Notes: generated by a model not told the origin, from the sequence alone. DNA of 62,047 nt, filler included, from Squatina squatina (GCA_031763465.1; 4 parts of 4 records of this genome joined end to end with filler, not necessarily neighbours in it); one strand, 5' to 3'; numbered from the whole stretch's first letter, positions 36,578-49,210 are shown. A program made the numbers and translations.

Positions 36578-39500
36578 AACCAAGAGAGGAGAAGAAGCAA
36601 TAGCCGAATAAACATCTCGGTGTAAATATATATATATATAATATTTGTGGTGTGCGCCACCTAAATATGAAGAAACTAAATGGGATTATTCAACCATAAC
36701 TTGGCCTCTCCTCCTAATAATCTGAATCTGAAAATCTTGTTTGGTTAGATACCTCTTTTCCCCCTTCCATGTTTCTCCCTCCCTCTGTGGAAGATTATGA
36801 TTTGCCTGGGGCATCATTGCCCCAAGCCCATTCCTGTTTCTATCTAGCATTCAGACATGGGGACTACTCAGCATCGGCCAGTTGATAACAATCAGGATTG
36901 ATCTTCTCACTTATCTCTCATGCATTTCTAGGACATTACAGCTAAAGTGTGCCTGCATCACGGCCCCTGCTGTGATCAGCGAACTCAGCACAAAGTGGTG
37001 ATTGAGCCTCGCTCGCCAGCACACCACATGGCGCATTTTCTTTGCCCAATGAGAATATTGATGTGTTTAAGATCAATTCATGGTGAAGTTTGTGTCATGC
37101 TGAAGAATAATGGTAAAGTGATGAATTGAAAATAAGCCCCCTGGTTAAATGACAGGGGTGTCCAGGATAAACCGAATGTGCATCGTGTTGCTCGTGTGCT
37201 ATGAAACAATGGAGAAATGATCAGGATATTCTGGGAAATGAAAAGCCCTTCCTTTTTAGTCACCCTCGCTGAACAGCCAAATTTCTGAGGCAGCTGGTTT
37301 TATCGGATGACTATGCTGTTGCCACCAAAGAAAACAGATGGCTACTAAAGTCAGAAAGGGGACCTGGACTGAGCAGTAGCAGTTCTGCTGCGGTTTTTAC
37401 ATTTGTCCCTAGGAGGTGAGGGGGGAGGAAATGAGATGTAAAATTTGAGTATTTGACACCTGCCGCCATATTCTGAAACACAGCTGTGCTCGTTCTATCA
37501 TAATTACTTATTCCAGTCCTTAACAGGACGCCTTTTCTTGGCTCCGACCTTTTATTCAGGATGATTCTTTTTTATCTTTCCGATTCTAGCGCTGATGGAT
37601 TTTCTCTTGCAATCAGCTGGTACAATTACTATCATTGGATATCGATAAGCTGTTGAAAGTGACCTTATTGAGCCCTGTCGAAGAAGAGCTTTGTAATCTG
37701 CCATTTAGAAGAAGCATGGGCGGAGGAGGGGAAGTGGACACAATTTAAAATATAAATTCTTTCAGATAATCTAGTAACTGTTTCTTGTAACGTTTTCCCA
37801 GGTTCTACCTCCTGGAGCCAATTTGGCTATATTCCAAGTGGGAACACTCAGTAATACTGTGCTTAACTGCACTTTTAACAAGAGACATGTTTTTATACAT
37901 TTTATTTTCAGCAGGATTGAAACAGACACGGCAGTTACCCCTCCCTGTCTGTCTCACTCAATCATCCTTCCGTGTTACTTTCAACCCCCACTACTTCCAT
38001 CTCCTGCACTGAGCTTTTTTTTGAACAGAATGCAGTCTATCAGCTGGTAGAGCTTGTTGCTAGGAGACAGCATCTGCAGCACAAAGAGCTCAAACTGAGT
38101 AAGGTCAACCAAGTCAGCGTTGCCAGCAGTATATGTGTGTAAATGTCTGCAGGCAGCCCTCTCCCTCCCTCTGCACATTTCCAAAATTCAATATATTTTA
38201 AAGTTGAAAAGACTCACTTTGCACTCTGGCAACGTTGGGAAATAATTACTTGAAGCAAAAGTAATTTTCACCACCCGCACCCTCCCCCCCCCCCACCCCA
38301 CCCCGCAACCATCCCCCAAGAAGATTATTGCTGCAGTATGTGCACATTCTATAGTTTATACTATTTTTGAGGCTGAAATGTGCAAGTAATTAAATCCAGT
38401 GGCATGACTGAACGAAAGAATGAATGATGTTCCAGAATGATTACTGACTGACTCTAAAATAGGTGATTGTTCATTCAAATTTGAAATGTTCTTGATTTGA
38501 GTTGTAGGGGCAAATTAATTGAGAATCACAGATTGGGCCATTTAAACTTCATTTGCCCAAAAACTAAATTTTGGTAGCTTAGACNNNNNNNNNNNNNNNN
38601 NNNNNNNNNNNNNNNNNNNNNNNNNNNNNNNNNNNNNNNNNNNNNNNNNNNNNNNNNNNNNNNNNNNNNNNNNNNNNNNNNNNNCAGAAAAGCTCGCGTT
38701 GAGGTGGTTCTCTGCTTTTTGAATGGCCTCATGTAGTGTCTATTCCCTGATGCGATGTAACATTCATTTTCAGTGCTGCTTAATCATCTCGCTGTGATGG
38801 GTCAGCTTGATTCTGTTTGAACATGTTGCCTGATGCTGCACAAATGAAGCGTGACAGTATTTAAAAAAAAATATACAGTTTAATTTTAACACATGTCCTT
38901 TCTTATTCTATGGTTCATTGCTTGCTTACATATCCCATGTTTAGCTATTGTCAAGTGTGCTTACTGCGTCAGGAATTGATAGTCTGGCCAGGATACTCAG
39001 CAATCCTGCATGGTTGGCACCTGCCAAGTCTCGCACATAGCATCCTAATGAGGTGAGCTCACTGCAGTATCGGGAGGGGGAGTGGCACATGAACATATCT
39101 GTTATATTTCCTGGAGATGATGAATTCAGTTTGCTTTCAATTTTATAACTGAAAGGGACCAGATTCAGTGGAACTTAGTGAGTTGGTTGAGATCTAAAAT
39201 AAGACTGTGCCAGAATATTAGCAGAAGTGCCATCATTCTTTTAAGTTTATATGTCTCAGATGTGCTATTGTGTGGCAGCATGTGCAGTGGTTGCAGACTG
39301 CTCCCGGCATTTGAATTGTTAAAGCAGGTGGTGGGTGTGCTCGTAATTTGGCATGGCGAACTGTGCAGTGGTGAGATGCAGGTTCATGGCCAGAATTTGC
39401 TCACATTTTGAGTCTTTGATCGCGGCCAAGCTGTTTGGGGGAAATGCTGAGCAAAGACATGCAGTTAGAGATGTGGGTTATGGTCACTATGGAATCCTGC

Positions 39501-40379
39501 TGTATTCATCCTAGTTCAAAATTGTGTCAGTAGAGGCTCAGGAACGGGGTGCTTGCCCAATTTCTAAGTGATGGGATGTGTTAGGGGTCCGTGAAGAGGG
39601 GGGGGATTATAATTTTTTTTTCAATTAGGGGATGGCAAGGAGTAAGAATGGCCTAAGTTGTCTGTGTTCAGTCAAGTACTATAATATAAATTTAGTCCAA
39701 TAGACATTCTTTACTCACTGACTATTTCACATTATGATGTTCATTCTGCTGTGAATGCAGTCTGAGGTTAACTCCAGCGCAAACATTTTGGTGTAAATCT
39801 CTTACTTCAGGAAGGATACATTGCCTTGGAAACTACTCGCCTGGAAATATCTGGGTATTATTGTATTTAGCCGCATCATCTGGGTTTGCATGGCAGTGCT
39901 GATGCCAGTCAAGTCGCATTTGAACTCTTTTGTAACAGTACACTTTGAAATGGCATCTATCAGAGCGTGGAAAAGCAATGGAATTGGCTTCACCCTTTAA
40001 CTTCCCTTCACAGGCAAGAATAGCCATAACTTTTAAACTCAAATGGTTATTTGTTGCACTTAGCTTGGAGCTTCAGCAGCTCAATCCCAGCAGGACGGGA
40101 CACAGGGAAGTTTCTCACTGCTTGTCCAGCTGGGACCATCCTAATTGTTGTTATGGCTTTGGTTTGCAGGGTCTTCTGGGGTAGAACGGAAAGAAACACA
40201 GCCTCCAGTTAGCAGGCCAACTTGCCAGGCCCCGTTAGTGAGTTAGGCTTGCAATGGTCTCCTGGAGACTTGGTTTCGGTGTCAAATCACAGGATGGCTG
40301 ACTGACCACCAGACGACCCAAAGCGTTTTCCAACCAGTAAAAAAAATATTTTTGAAGTGTAGTCGCTGTTATAATATTG

Positions 40380-40495
40380 GTCTTTCTCTTCCTTTCTCTT
40401 CCTTTTCTTTCTACCTTTTTTTCTTTCTTTCCTTCCTTCTTTCTTTTTCCCGACCTCCCTCCCTCTCACACGTTCGCCCTCGCGCTCTCTCTCTA
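40380..40495. repeat. Pyrimidine-rich (CT/CTTT) low-complexity tract
   Basis: Direct reading; explains the K/R/E-rich spurious ORF 40287-40547. Confidence 0.85.
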
Positions 40496-41770
40496 CTATA
40501 AGGGTTTGCTTAGTGCAGATGGTAATCATTTTTAACTTGGATTGCAAGATATAAAGACTGAGCTAAATAGGTTCCTAATTTTCTTTTTATAATATTTAGT
40601 GGCACGCAGAACTGTCAAAATCGTTTGAAATGTTTAGAATAGAGTAACTTTTACCATCAGCTAGAGGGAAACCGATTGGAAACCCATTTAAACANNNNNN
40701 NNNNNNNNNNNNNNNNNNNNNNNNNNNNNNNNNNNNNNNNNNNNNNNNNNNNNNNNNNNNNNNNNNNNNNNNNNNNNNNNNNNNNNNNNNNNNNACGTGG
40801 AGGTGTGAAATTGGCCATCAATAGATGGGGAGAGCCAGGCTGGCGCGCAGCCAGCGGAGGTACAGTGGGTGGCACACGATGGGCAGTTGCACTGTGTCAA
40901 AGTCGCGTGAACAACTTGTGCAGTATTTATGAACCACTGACAGGGCCAGATGGATAATCAGCAGTGAAACCCACGGGATTGTAGATAATTGTGGGGAAAT
41001 GACAAAATATGTAATTAATTAGGTGCCATAATCAGCTTTAAACTGTGTAATAGTTTAAAATAAATCCTCTTTTGTTGACTTTCTTACAATGGAAATTAGA
41101 GTGCTGTACAACATGGGCAGAGCACATATTATCACACTTTTGTAAGAAGCATCGGTGGTAAGACACAAGCAATTAAAAAAAAAGAGTAAATTCAACTGAT
41201 TTCTTGGACTATAAAAGTATTTCTTAAAGTTTTTTTAAGCTGAAAACCAGCAAGAGTTATAAATCAAACAGGTAATTTATGAAGTGACAACAGCACATTT
41301 TTGGCTGCTATTGCTAGATAGGAGGGATGTAGTAGTAACGCAGCATAACGTACAATATGTTAACGTGTACAAAGAAATGAATAGGAAATCAGCTGATTTG
41401 AATTTCTGTCAAGAACTAATTATAATCAGGTTTCAAGGTAGCCGAAGCTGTATGAGACAAAGTGCAGTGCTCAAGCTAAACAGTGCCNNNNNNNNNNNNN
41501 NNNNNNNNNNNNNNNNNNNNNNNNNNNNNNNNNNNNNNNNNNNNNNNNNNNNNNNNNNNNNNNNNNNNNNNNNNNNNNNNNNNNNNNAAGCTAAACAGTG
41601 CCGCTAACAATTTATTATTGAAACTAATAAGTATTGCTGTTCCATCATCAGCTAACAATTCTCATTTTTATTTGTTATTCTGGTTCTCTTCATGACAAAT
41701 ATTTTTGTCATTTTGAAAATCTACTGGATGTTGTTACTGGGCACAATGACAAACAAAACAAAAGGACTCT

Positions 41771-42334
41771 GGGGACGAAATTGCCCTGTGCTCCGACTGG
41801 GGGCAGTAACCTTCTGGGGCCAGGACATTCTGCACCCGCGCAGAGGTTCCCCCCACTGCCGTGGACTTGTCTTTACTGCCCCTCAAGGGAAGCGGCGCGC
41901 AATTTTGCCTGCACCACTTCCTTTGGGAGGGTAATCGGGGCGCTGAAGGGAGCGCTATGCGGAGATGCGCTTCACTGCCCCTCTTTGATTAAAGGGGAGG
42001 GCCTCGGCGCACTCTATACGGCCTCTGATGGCACACACTCGGCCACCAGGGTAGTGTGCGACCGGGCCAAAAGCCCAGCACCCAAGATGGTGGGTCACAA
42101 GACTGGCGCGAGAGGATGTCAACGCCAACTTCGCGGGTCACGAAGCTGGCAGACATCCGCTCTCGAGACGCTTTTTAAAGGGGAGGGCACCAGCGCCCCT
42201 GGCTTCCATCATTGTCTAACCACGGTAGCGCCTCCGCAAACTCCCGAGCAGTTTCCCCGGGAGGCGGTAGCACCCACCTTACCCCGGCAAAATGAGGCGC
42301 TAATGGGGCTATAAAAAGGGGCAATTTTGCCCTC
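41771..42334. mobile_element. Complete MITE (Harbinger-type) with imperfect TIRs and 3-bp TSD
   Basis: Left GGGGACGAAATTGCCC versus reverse complement of the right end GAGGGCAAAATTGCCC (13/16); flanked by TCT at 41768-41770 and 42335-42337. Confidence 0.8.
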
Positions 42335-44049
42335 TCTGTCTTTATGCTTGCAACAAATCTTTAGACATCTTGTTTGAGTTAATTTAAAATAAATAAATTA
42401 TTTTAAAAATACTATCATATTATCAACAAATTAGCAAATGAGCCTTCATCAGAAAAATCCTCCATTATGATTCGAGCAATAAAACACAAAGAATGAAGAA
42501 TGCTGCTGTTTATTGCAGGAACAATGATAATACTTAGATTTCAATGTTGTTTAATCTCAGTTTATTAGCTGCACCAGGGTTTTTATTCGATCTGACCACT
42601 GGATTGTAACTGGGATAAAACAAAGGGTTATCTGATTTAATTTATCAACAGTTCAAGAAGTCTAGCTAGCCAACATTCACAGATTGTTGTGTGGTTTGTG
42701 GGAAGACCGTTGCATTATAGTCCTCAGAGTGTGATTAACAACACAAACTCGTTCATTACTGACTCTGGTGTGTGAAAGATGACAGTTGTTATGAATTGGA
42801 TTTTCTCCACCTTTTTGCCAAAGTGCAGTAGGGCCGACAGACTTAGTGATGACTTGCAGTTGTTGTCTGGGCAACCATCTTGGATCTCAGGAATTTGTGG
42901 TGCTTGGGTGCCTGTTATGTATTAGGATTGAGGTTTTGAGTTTGCCTTGTACAAACGACAGTCGCTCAATTGTGGGAGTATAAAGTCATGTGATCTTTGT
43001 AAGCCCGCCTCTCTCTCTCCAGTGACTCCTCTTCTCACCTGAGTTCAGTTGAACTTGGAGTTCCAGCCTGGAGCTCAGAGCAGGGCCAGTTGNNNNNNNN
43101 NNNNNNNNNNNNNNNNNNNNNNNNNNNNNNNNNNNNNNNNNNNNNNNNNNNNNNNNNNNNNNNNNNNNNNNNNNNNNNNNNNNNNNNNNNNNTTTCACGC
43201 TATTGCCTACAAGATATTAAAAGTCTGGTGTTGCATGCATTCACTGTTTGTCACAGCTTACTTTCTGCATCACAATTTTCTTATGCTTGTGGTAACTCCT
43301 GCCTAAACTGCCTGGACACTAATATATTTACTATTAGATACCTTGCAGGCTCCCCAAAAATAGGTGCTACTGTTGAGTCCAAATTTACATCTCTCATCTT
43401 CACCCACCAGTTGCCATAAAGTGCATGTTTTATCTTAAAAAAAAAATTAGACCTGAAATTCAATGCAGTTTAGCTTTATTCGAATCCTATCAGCCCCAGG
43501 CACAACCTCTCAAACAGATTGTCTGAACTTCACGCACCAGCGACTAAACATTTCAAAATGCTGCTTTCTGATGATTTGCCAGTAATACTCCACCGATTAT
43601 AAAATGTAGTTCATATCAAGGTCAGACAGTTTTATTTCAGTTGAGCAGTCATTTAGTTCCTCTGCTGTAGCCTATTTTGTAAGACCACTGAAGTACACAG
43701 CAGTCCCTCAATTATAACAACCTCTGATTATACCACAATCTCTGGTCCAACATATATTGTTTATGGCTGCCTCTTTAATGGAGAAACCACATAAAACACC
43801 CTCCCGAAAACATGTCCCTTAGGGTAGTGATCTTTTTACTGGTCTGCAAAATGCCCTCACAGAGAGGTCCTGGTTTACAGTGTTTTTAATGAGAAACAGC
43901 TGAGGCAATCTCTTCTGAAATGTACATGCATTGGATAATGGTTTGAGTGGGGTTTCAATAAGTAAGGCACACCAATATTAACATTCAATGGATAACAATT
44001 AACAATAATTGCACACATTTGGTAGAGAAAATTTCATTATATTTTTTAT

Positions 44050-44450
44050 TTTCTTCACCCATTTTCTGCCCACCCTGCACTTCCTCTTTTCTGAAGGCAT
44101 TGCCTTGTTGCTGGACTATAGTTCCACAGGCTGTGATTGCTCCAAGTATTTCACTTGGCGATTATTCACGTACGGCCATTATTCAGGAATGAGTCTTGAC
44201 AGACAATGGTATCAAGCTATATTGTGTGGAGCATCACATCTGACCTTAACATGTGCAACCTGCCAGTGGATGTTGCTGAATAGTAATCTTGAGCAGGAAA
44301 GGAAGGTGATTTTATCCTCCTTAACCCAGGAGCCCTGCTGCTAATTGTAGTGCTCCCAATCGAACACAGATTGAACTTGAGACCTTCCGGGTCTATGTGG
44401 CTCACTACGGCACCGTACAATGCAGCCATCCCACTCAACCATCGGAGCAG
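44050..44450 (-). mobile_element. Old SINE-like repeat (probable relatives near 30080-30290 and 36750-36900)
   Basis: Minus strand ...catagacccggaaggtctcaagttcaatc has a B-box-like motif and parallels cagaaaccaagaaggtccccattcaatc at about 30097. Confidence 0.4.
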
Positions 44451-44490
44451 CTTAACAAAGGGGCAGGTATTCATGAAGGTCGTTCCCCAA

Positions 44491-44556
44491 CATAAGACCA
44501 TAAGACCATAAGAAATAGGAGCAGGAGTAGGCCATTCAGCCAGTCGAGCCCGCTCC
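44491..44556 (-). mobile_element. CR1 LINE 3' tail
   Basis: (cataagac)n microsatellite tail plus aggagcaggagtaggccattcagcc. Confidence 0.75.
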
Positions 44557-45027
44557 NNNNNNNNNNNNNNNNNNNNNNNNNNNNNNNNNNNNNNNNNNNN
44601 NNNNNNNNNNNNNNNNNNNNNNNNNNNNNNNNNNNNNNNNNNNNNNNNNNNNNNNNTGTCACATAACCATTACACCAATGTGATAAGAAGATACTCATCA
44701 TCTTCTGCCCTACAAGGAGACTGTCTTGCACCTAGGCATCCCATTTATTGAGAAAAGATAGTAGAGGGGGAGGGAAGCATTAGGAAGGGAACAAGTTCCA
44801 CCTGGTAAGTGTTCTAATGAAAAATGCATGATTTAGATCATCCTATCCTCCTGTCCGAGAGGGCACCATAGAGGTTCGAAAGCAGTGGAGATATAAATAT
44901 TGGAGAAATAATGGCTGTGAATTTTGTTTTTAAGAAACCCCCTTTAATATTCTGAACTGAGCTAACATGGCTCTACTAAGATCACATTATCATCCTTCTA
45001 CAAGTTGCCTGTTGTATGTGCTTTCAG

Positions 45028-45134
45028 CTAATGGAACCTCCAGCAGCCAGCTCTCTACCCCCAGGTCTAACAAGTCTCCAGTCTCAACACCCATCTCTAC
45101 ACCAACCAGCCCAGGCTGCCTTCGCAAGCACAAG
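45028..45134 (+). CDS. dcx: Doublecortin Ser/Pro-rich C-terminal exon
   Basis: tttcag|CT AAT GGA...CAC AAG|gtaaat; (A)[35 protein letters not shown] versus recalled mammalian [35 protein letters not shown]. Confidence 0.92.
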
Positions 45135-45259
45135 GTAAATCATTATTATATCCCTCTTTTTCCCTAATGGAATGAAGTGATTTACTTATCTCTATTTGAG
45201 TCTCCAAAACTATGATGTTCCAATATAAGGAATCTTCCTATCTTCTTCTTGAAATATGT

Positions 45260-45674
45260 AGGGGCCAAAATTGAACTTCTTTTTCGCCCCGTTAGCACCT
45301 CCCATAGGCGCGAACAGGGCAAAAAAGGTATTTTGGCTGGGGCAGGGTGGGGTGGCGATCTCGCCTCCTAGGAAATTGCCCGGAAAGTTGCGGATGTACA
45401 AGGCCCTTTGCGCCATGCCCCGCAATTACCGTCCCAGGTCTAAGCATCACGTCATCAAAGTGTGCACCGACCCCCAGTGCCCCGCGGCGACCCCTTTGCA
45501 CCCTGTGGGGGAAATTATCCCATGGGACATAAGGCCTGCTGCTGGCAATGGCACCGACAGCTTCATGGGCGAGAAGCTGTCAATGCTGCGGACCTTAAAT
45601 TGGAGGGCCTTTGCGCCGCTGGCCATTTTTCCGTCGGCCATCTCTTGGGTCAGCCGACCGATGGCGGCCCTTGC
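45260..45674. mobile_element. Harbinger-type MITE, truncated by gap
   Basis: Starts ggggccaaaattg; gccccgttagcacctc and cgcctcctaggaaattgcccggaaagttgcgg resemble the 7601 and 42230-42334 elements. Confidence 0.65.
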
Positions 45675-45718
45675 NNNNNNNNNNNNNNNNNNNNNNNNNN
45701 NNNNNNNNNNNNNNNNNN

Positions 45719-45730
45719 TTAATTAATTAA
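45719..45730. other. Artificial scaffold linker TTAATTAATTAA inside an N gap
   Basis: N44-TTAATTAATTAA-N44. Confidence 0.9.
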
Positions 45731-45959
45731 NNNNNNNNNNNNNNNNNNNNNNNNNNNNNNNNNNNNNNNNNNNNTTTCTTACATGGGGGGTATGACAAAG
45801 TCAGAATAACCACAGAGACATATTGTAATAAAATGCTCCATTTCAGAGAGTTACAGAAAATAGCAGAAAACTCACTAGAAGATGTGTAACTTCAGTCAGT
45901 AGATCTAGACAGCAGATAACAGCAACTTAAAACAACACCTTCCATTTATCTAGAATCTT

Positions 45960-46310
45960 GAAAATAGGAAGAGGGGTAGGCCTTGAGCCTGTTCCGCCAA
46001 TCAATTGGATCATGGCTGAACTGTACCTTAATTCCATCTACCCGCCTTGGTTCCGTAACCCTTAATATCCTCATCTAATAAAAATCTATCAATCTTAGTT
46101 TTGAAATGTTCAACTGATCCCCGGCCTCAACAGCTTTTTGGAGGAGAGTGTTCCGGATTCCCACTACCCTGTGTGTGAAGAAGTGCTTCCTGACATCAAC
46201 CCTGAACAGCCCAGCTCTAATTTTAAGGTTATGTCCCCTTGTTCTGGACTCTCCCATCAGAGGAAATAGTTTCTCTCTCTCTATCCTATCAAATCCTTTA
46301 ATCATCTCAG
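45960..46310 (-). mobile_element. CR1 LINE 3' end
   Basis: MIKGFDRIEREKLFPLMGESRTRGHNLKIRAGLFRVDVRKHFFTHRVVGIRNTLLQKAVEA plus tail. Confidence 0.9.
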
Positions 46311-46689
46311 AAACATAGAAGCAGACACAACCCACTTTAAATCAAAAGAGGAAAATGCAGATGATTTTATTTTTAAAGTTCCTCCCCTGCCACCACCAGA
46401 AAATCAGCTTTAAAGTCAAACAAGAAACAAATATTGTTTTTTTTCTAACTCCTGCCAGGTGAGAGCTTCTAAAGTTTGAAAAGAGACAAAAAAAATACAT
46501 GGATTTCCATAAAGCAATGATGTAGAACATGTACATAATAAACCTCATTAATCAGCTGGAAGTCACACTGCCACCTGCATAGTTAAAGTGAACAGGGTCG
46601 TAATTTATATGTGCTGTAGATAAATTGTGTTTAATATTACAGGACTGTGAGGGAACCACACTGCAATTACACTGGAGCAGCCGATCCCA

Positions 46690-46760
46690 ACAACAACTTG
46701 CATTTATATAGCACATTTAACGTCCCACAGCGCTTCACAGGAGCGTTATCAGGCAAAATT
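46690..46760 (-). mobile_element. L2-type LINE/SINE 3' tail
   Basis: caacaacttgcatttatatagcac...gcgcttcacaggagcg; reverse complement of 56660-56734. Confidence 0.65.
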
Positions 46761-46794
46761 TAAAACCCTTAAAACCTTCTGGTTAACTGAAACC

Positions 46795-46934
46795 TATCAA
46801 TCTCTGGCAGGGGCTTGCAGAACAATGGGGAAAACCTTATAATTAGATCTAAGCCAATCAGAGGTGATGTCAGAAAGCATTTCTTCACACAAAGGGTTCT
46901 GGAAATCTGGAACTCTCTTCCCCCAAAAAGCTGT
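46795..46934 (+). mobile_element. CR1 LINE fragment
   Basis: IRGDVRKHFFTQRVLEIWNSLP. Confidence 0.85.
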
Positions 46935-47044
46935 NNNNNNNNNNNNNNNNNNNNNNNNNNNNNNNNNNNNNNNNNNNNNNNNNNNNNNNNNNNNNNNNNN
47001 NNNNNNNNNNNNNNNNNNNNNNNNNNNNNNNNNNCTTTATGAAC

Positions 47045-47116
47045 ATTCTTTAATCTGCCTCCAGGACCTGGATGTTACCCTTGTATCTGAGGGACCAGAA
47101 CTGAATGCAGTACTTA
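47045..47116 (-). mobile_element. CR1 LINE fragment
   Basis: YCIQFWSLRYKGNIQVLEA resembles CR1 YCVQFWSP..RKDI.ALE. Confidence 0.7.
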
Positions 47117-47844
47117 AACCCTCCTTGCCTGTATTCAGAGATATTTGAAATGATTTTAGAGCTTCCTGTTTGATAGGAATTTCCGGAGCCTTCATAATAC
47201 ACAGGAGTGTTGTGCCTCACACCAGGAGACTTCTGCAAATCATTTAAAATTGCCTCTTTGGAAGCTGCGAGAGGACCCAAGACCTTGTGTGAGAACTGAA
47301 TGCTCAAAGGTGAGTTCTTTTCAGTTCTCAAACAGACCACCAGGTGGGTTCAGCATTGTTCCACAGAGGAAAGACAGTCGAGGCTGTCTCTGAGCAAGCA
47401 CCACTGCCTGCTGGCTGACAAGCAGCTTACAGTAGCTGGAGTCTTAAAGAAATGTGCAATAAATTCACCCACCAGCCCAGAAACTGCTGTTCACATGCTA
47501 TTCAGATATTAGCTGTGAGCTACTGAAAGATTTTGGGAGAATCAGTGCCTGCTGGTTTTCAAATGATTGTGCAGTTCTTACTCTGTGGGCTGGTCAGCCA
47601 TTAAAAAGAAAGCAGCGCTAATTCTCTAAATCAGCTGGATGCCTGGGTTGGGGAAGGTTCAATGTTCAAATTGGGATTTTAAAAAATCCCTTGTGTCTCA
47701 GTAGACGTGTATCTGGGGCCAATATTCTGCAGCTTAATTGGTTTAAAATGGTTACAACATAAACAGGCCTGGAAAGACTAAGTTGAGAACTAAAAATGGT
47801 GCAGATGTTTACACGGCCGTGCTTTGTGGGTCAGTGCATACTCG

Positions 47845-48315
47845 GAGAGGGCCATTCAACCTCTCAAGCCTGTTCCACCGTTCTGTTAGATCATGGCCGA
47901 TTTGTAACTTAACTCCATCTGCCCGCACGGTCCTGGAACCCTTAATACCTTTGCCTCACAAAAATCTATCCATCTCGGTTTTGAAATTTTCAATTGACCA
48001 AGCCTGAACAGGTTTTTGGGGAGAAAGTTCCAGATTTCCACCACCCTTTGTGTGAAGAAGTGCTTCCTGACCTCACCCTGAATGGCCTGGCTCTAATTCT
48101 AAGGTTATGTCCTCTTGATCTGGACTCTCCCCACCAGAGGAAACGGTCTCTAGCTAAAGGATTTAAATCCTTTAATCATCTTAAACATCTCAATCCGATC
48201 GCACCTTACTCTTCTATACTCAAGGGAATAAAAGCCTAATCTATGAAATCTGGCATCATAGTTCAACACTTTTAGCCCCGGTATCATCCTGGTGAATCTG
48301 TACTTCACTCCCTGT
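47845..48315 (-). mobile_element. CR1 LINE 3' end
   Basis: Close paralogue of 45960-46310 (tgtgtgaagaagtgcttcctgac...ccctgaa). Confidence 0.85.
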
Positions 48316-48771
48316 CGATGAAATAAGAGTCACAAATTTCTTTTAGATTCTGCTTTTTAAAAAAAAGTAATAACTACTTGGAGAATAGCCTTTGACCTCC
48401 TTGCACTTGATCCTCTCAAGCACTGTGTAAAAAGCCTGATGGCTTTGGCATATGACTGTAGTGAAAAACAAATGAATCATTTATTGGAACATTGTAATAG
48501 CTATTCTGATTGTCAGGACACAGAGATGTATAAAGTACCAGCATTGTGCTGGATTTACAAAAAGCACTATTAGTTTCCCCACAGCAGGAGCCTGTAAAAT
48601 CGAGTNNNNNNNNNNNNNNNNNNNNNNNNNNNNNNNNNNNNNNNNNNNNNNNNNNNNNNNNNNNNNNNNNNNNNNNNNNNNNNNNNNNNNNNNNNNNNNN
48701 NNNNNCTGATTTTCTGCACTTTTTAAAAATGTGACAGGGAGCAAAATAAGGATTGGGGTTAAGGTAGAAGC

Positions 48772-49210
48772 TGAAATATCATGAACAAACTTAAATATAT
48801 ATATATTTTTTTATTATTGTAATTTGTATTACAATAAAGAAATTTGAAATTTCACAAATATAAAAATTAGCTTTTCAAGGCCAGAACTGTTGTTTAGCAT
48901 TCAATATGGTGCTAAAACCCCAGTTATACCTATTCCAACAAGGCTTAACATTTAATGGGGTATTTAACAGTGATATTAGCGCAGAAAGGCCCAGGTTTTC
49001 CTCAATTCCACTGATTTCACCGATTGCCGGCTATGGGGGTGGGGGTCCACAGCGCAGCCTGTGTCGGAGCAGTGAATAACTGACTGCAACTCCAGGCTTT
49101 CAACGTTTTGATGGGCATGTGCTAAACCCTGAATTTATGGTCCATTTTAGAGGGGTAATGATGGTGAACATTGACAGTTTGCCGTCATTACCCCCGCAAT
49201 ATCCGAGCCA
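48772..49210 (+). repeat. Interspersed repeat, copy 2 (unclassified, MITE-like end)
   Basis: Similarity with 17860-18086; ends cccgcaatatccgagcc. Confidence 0.6.

Noticed and set aside
41634-42314. 226-aa ORF and apparent CpG island
   Set aside because: Lies within a GC-rich MITE with TIRs; no recognisable domain
45135-45167. Read-through C-terminus [10 protein letters not shown] after LRKHK
   Set aside because: A canonical donor (AAG|gtaaat) sits at the conserved DCX exon boundary; no evidence for intron retention
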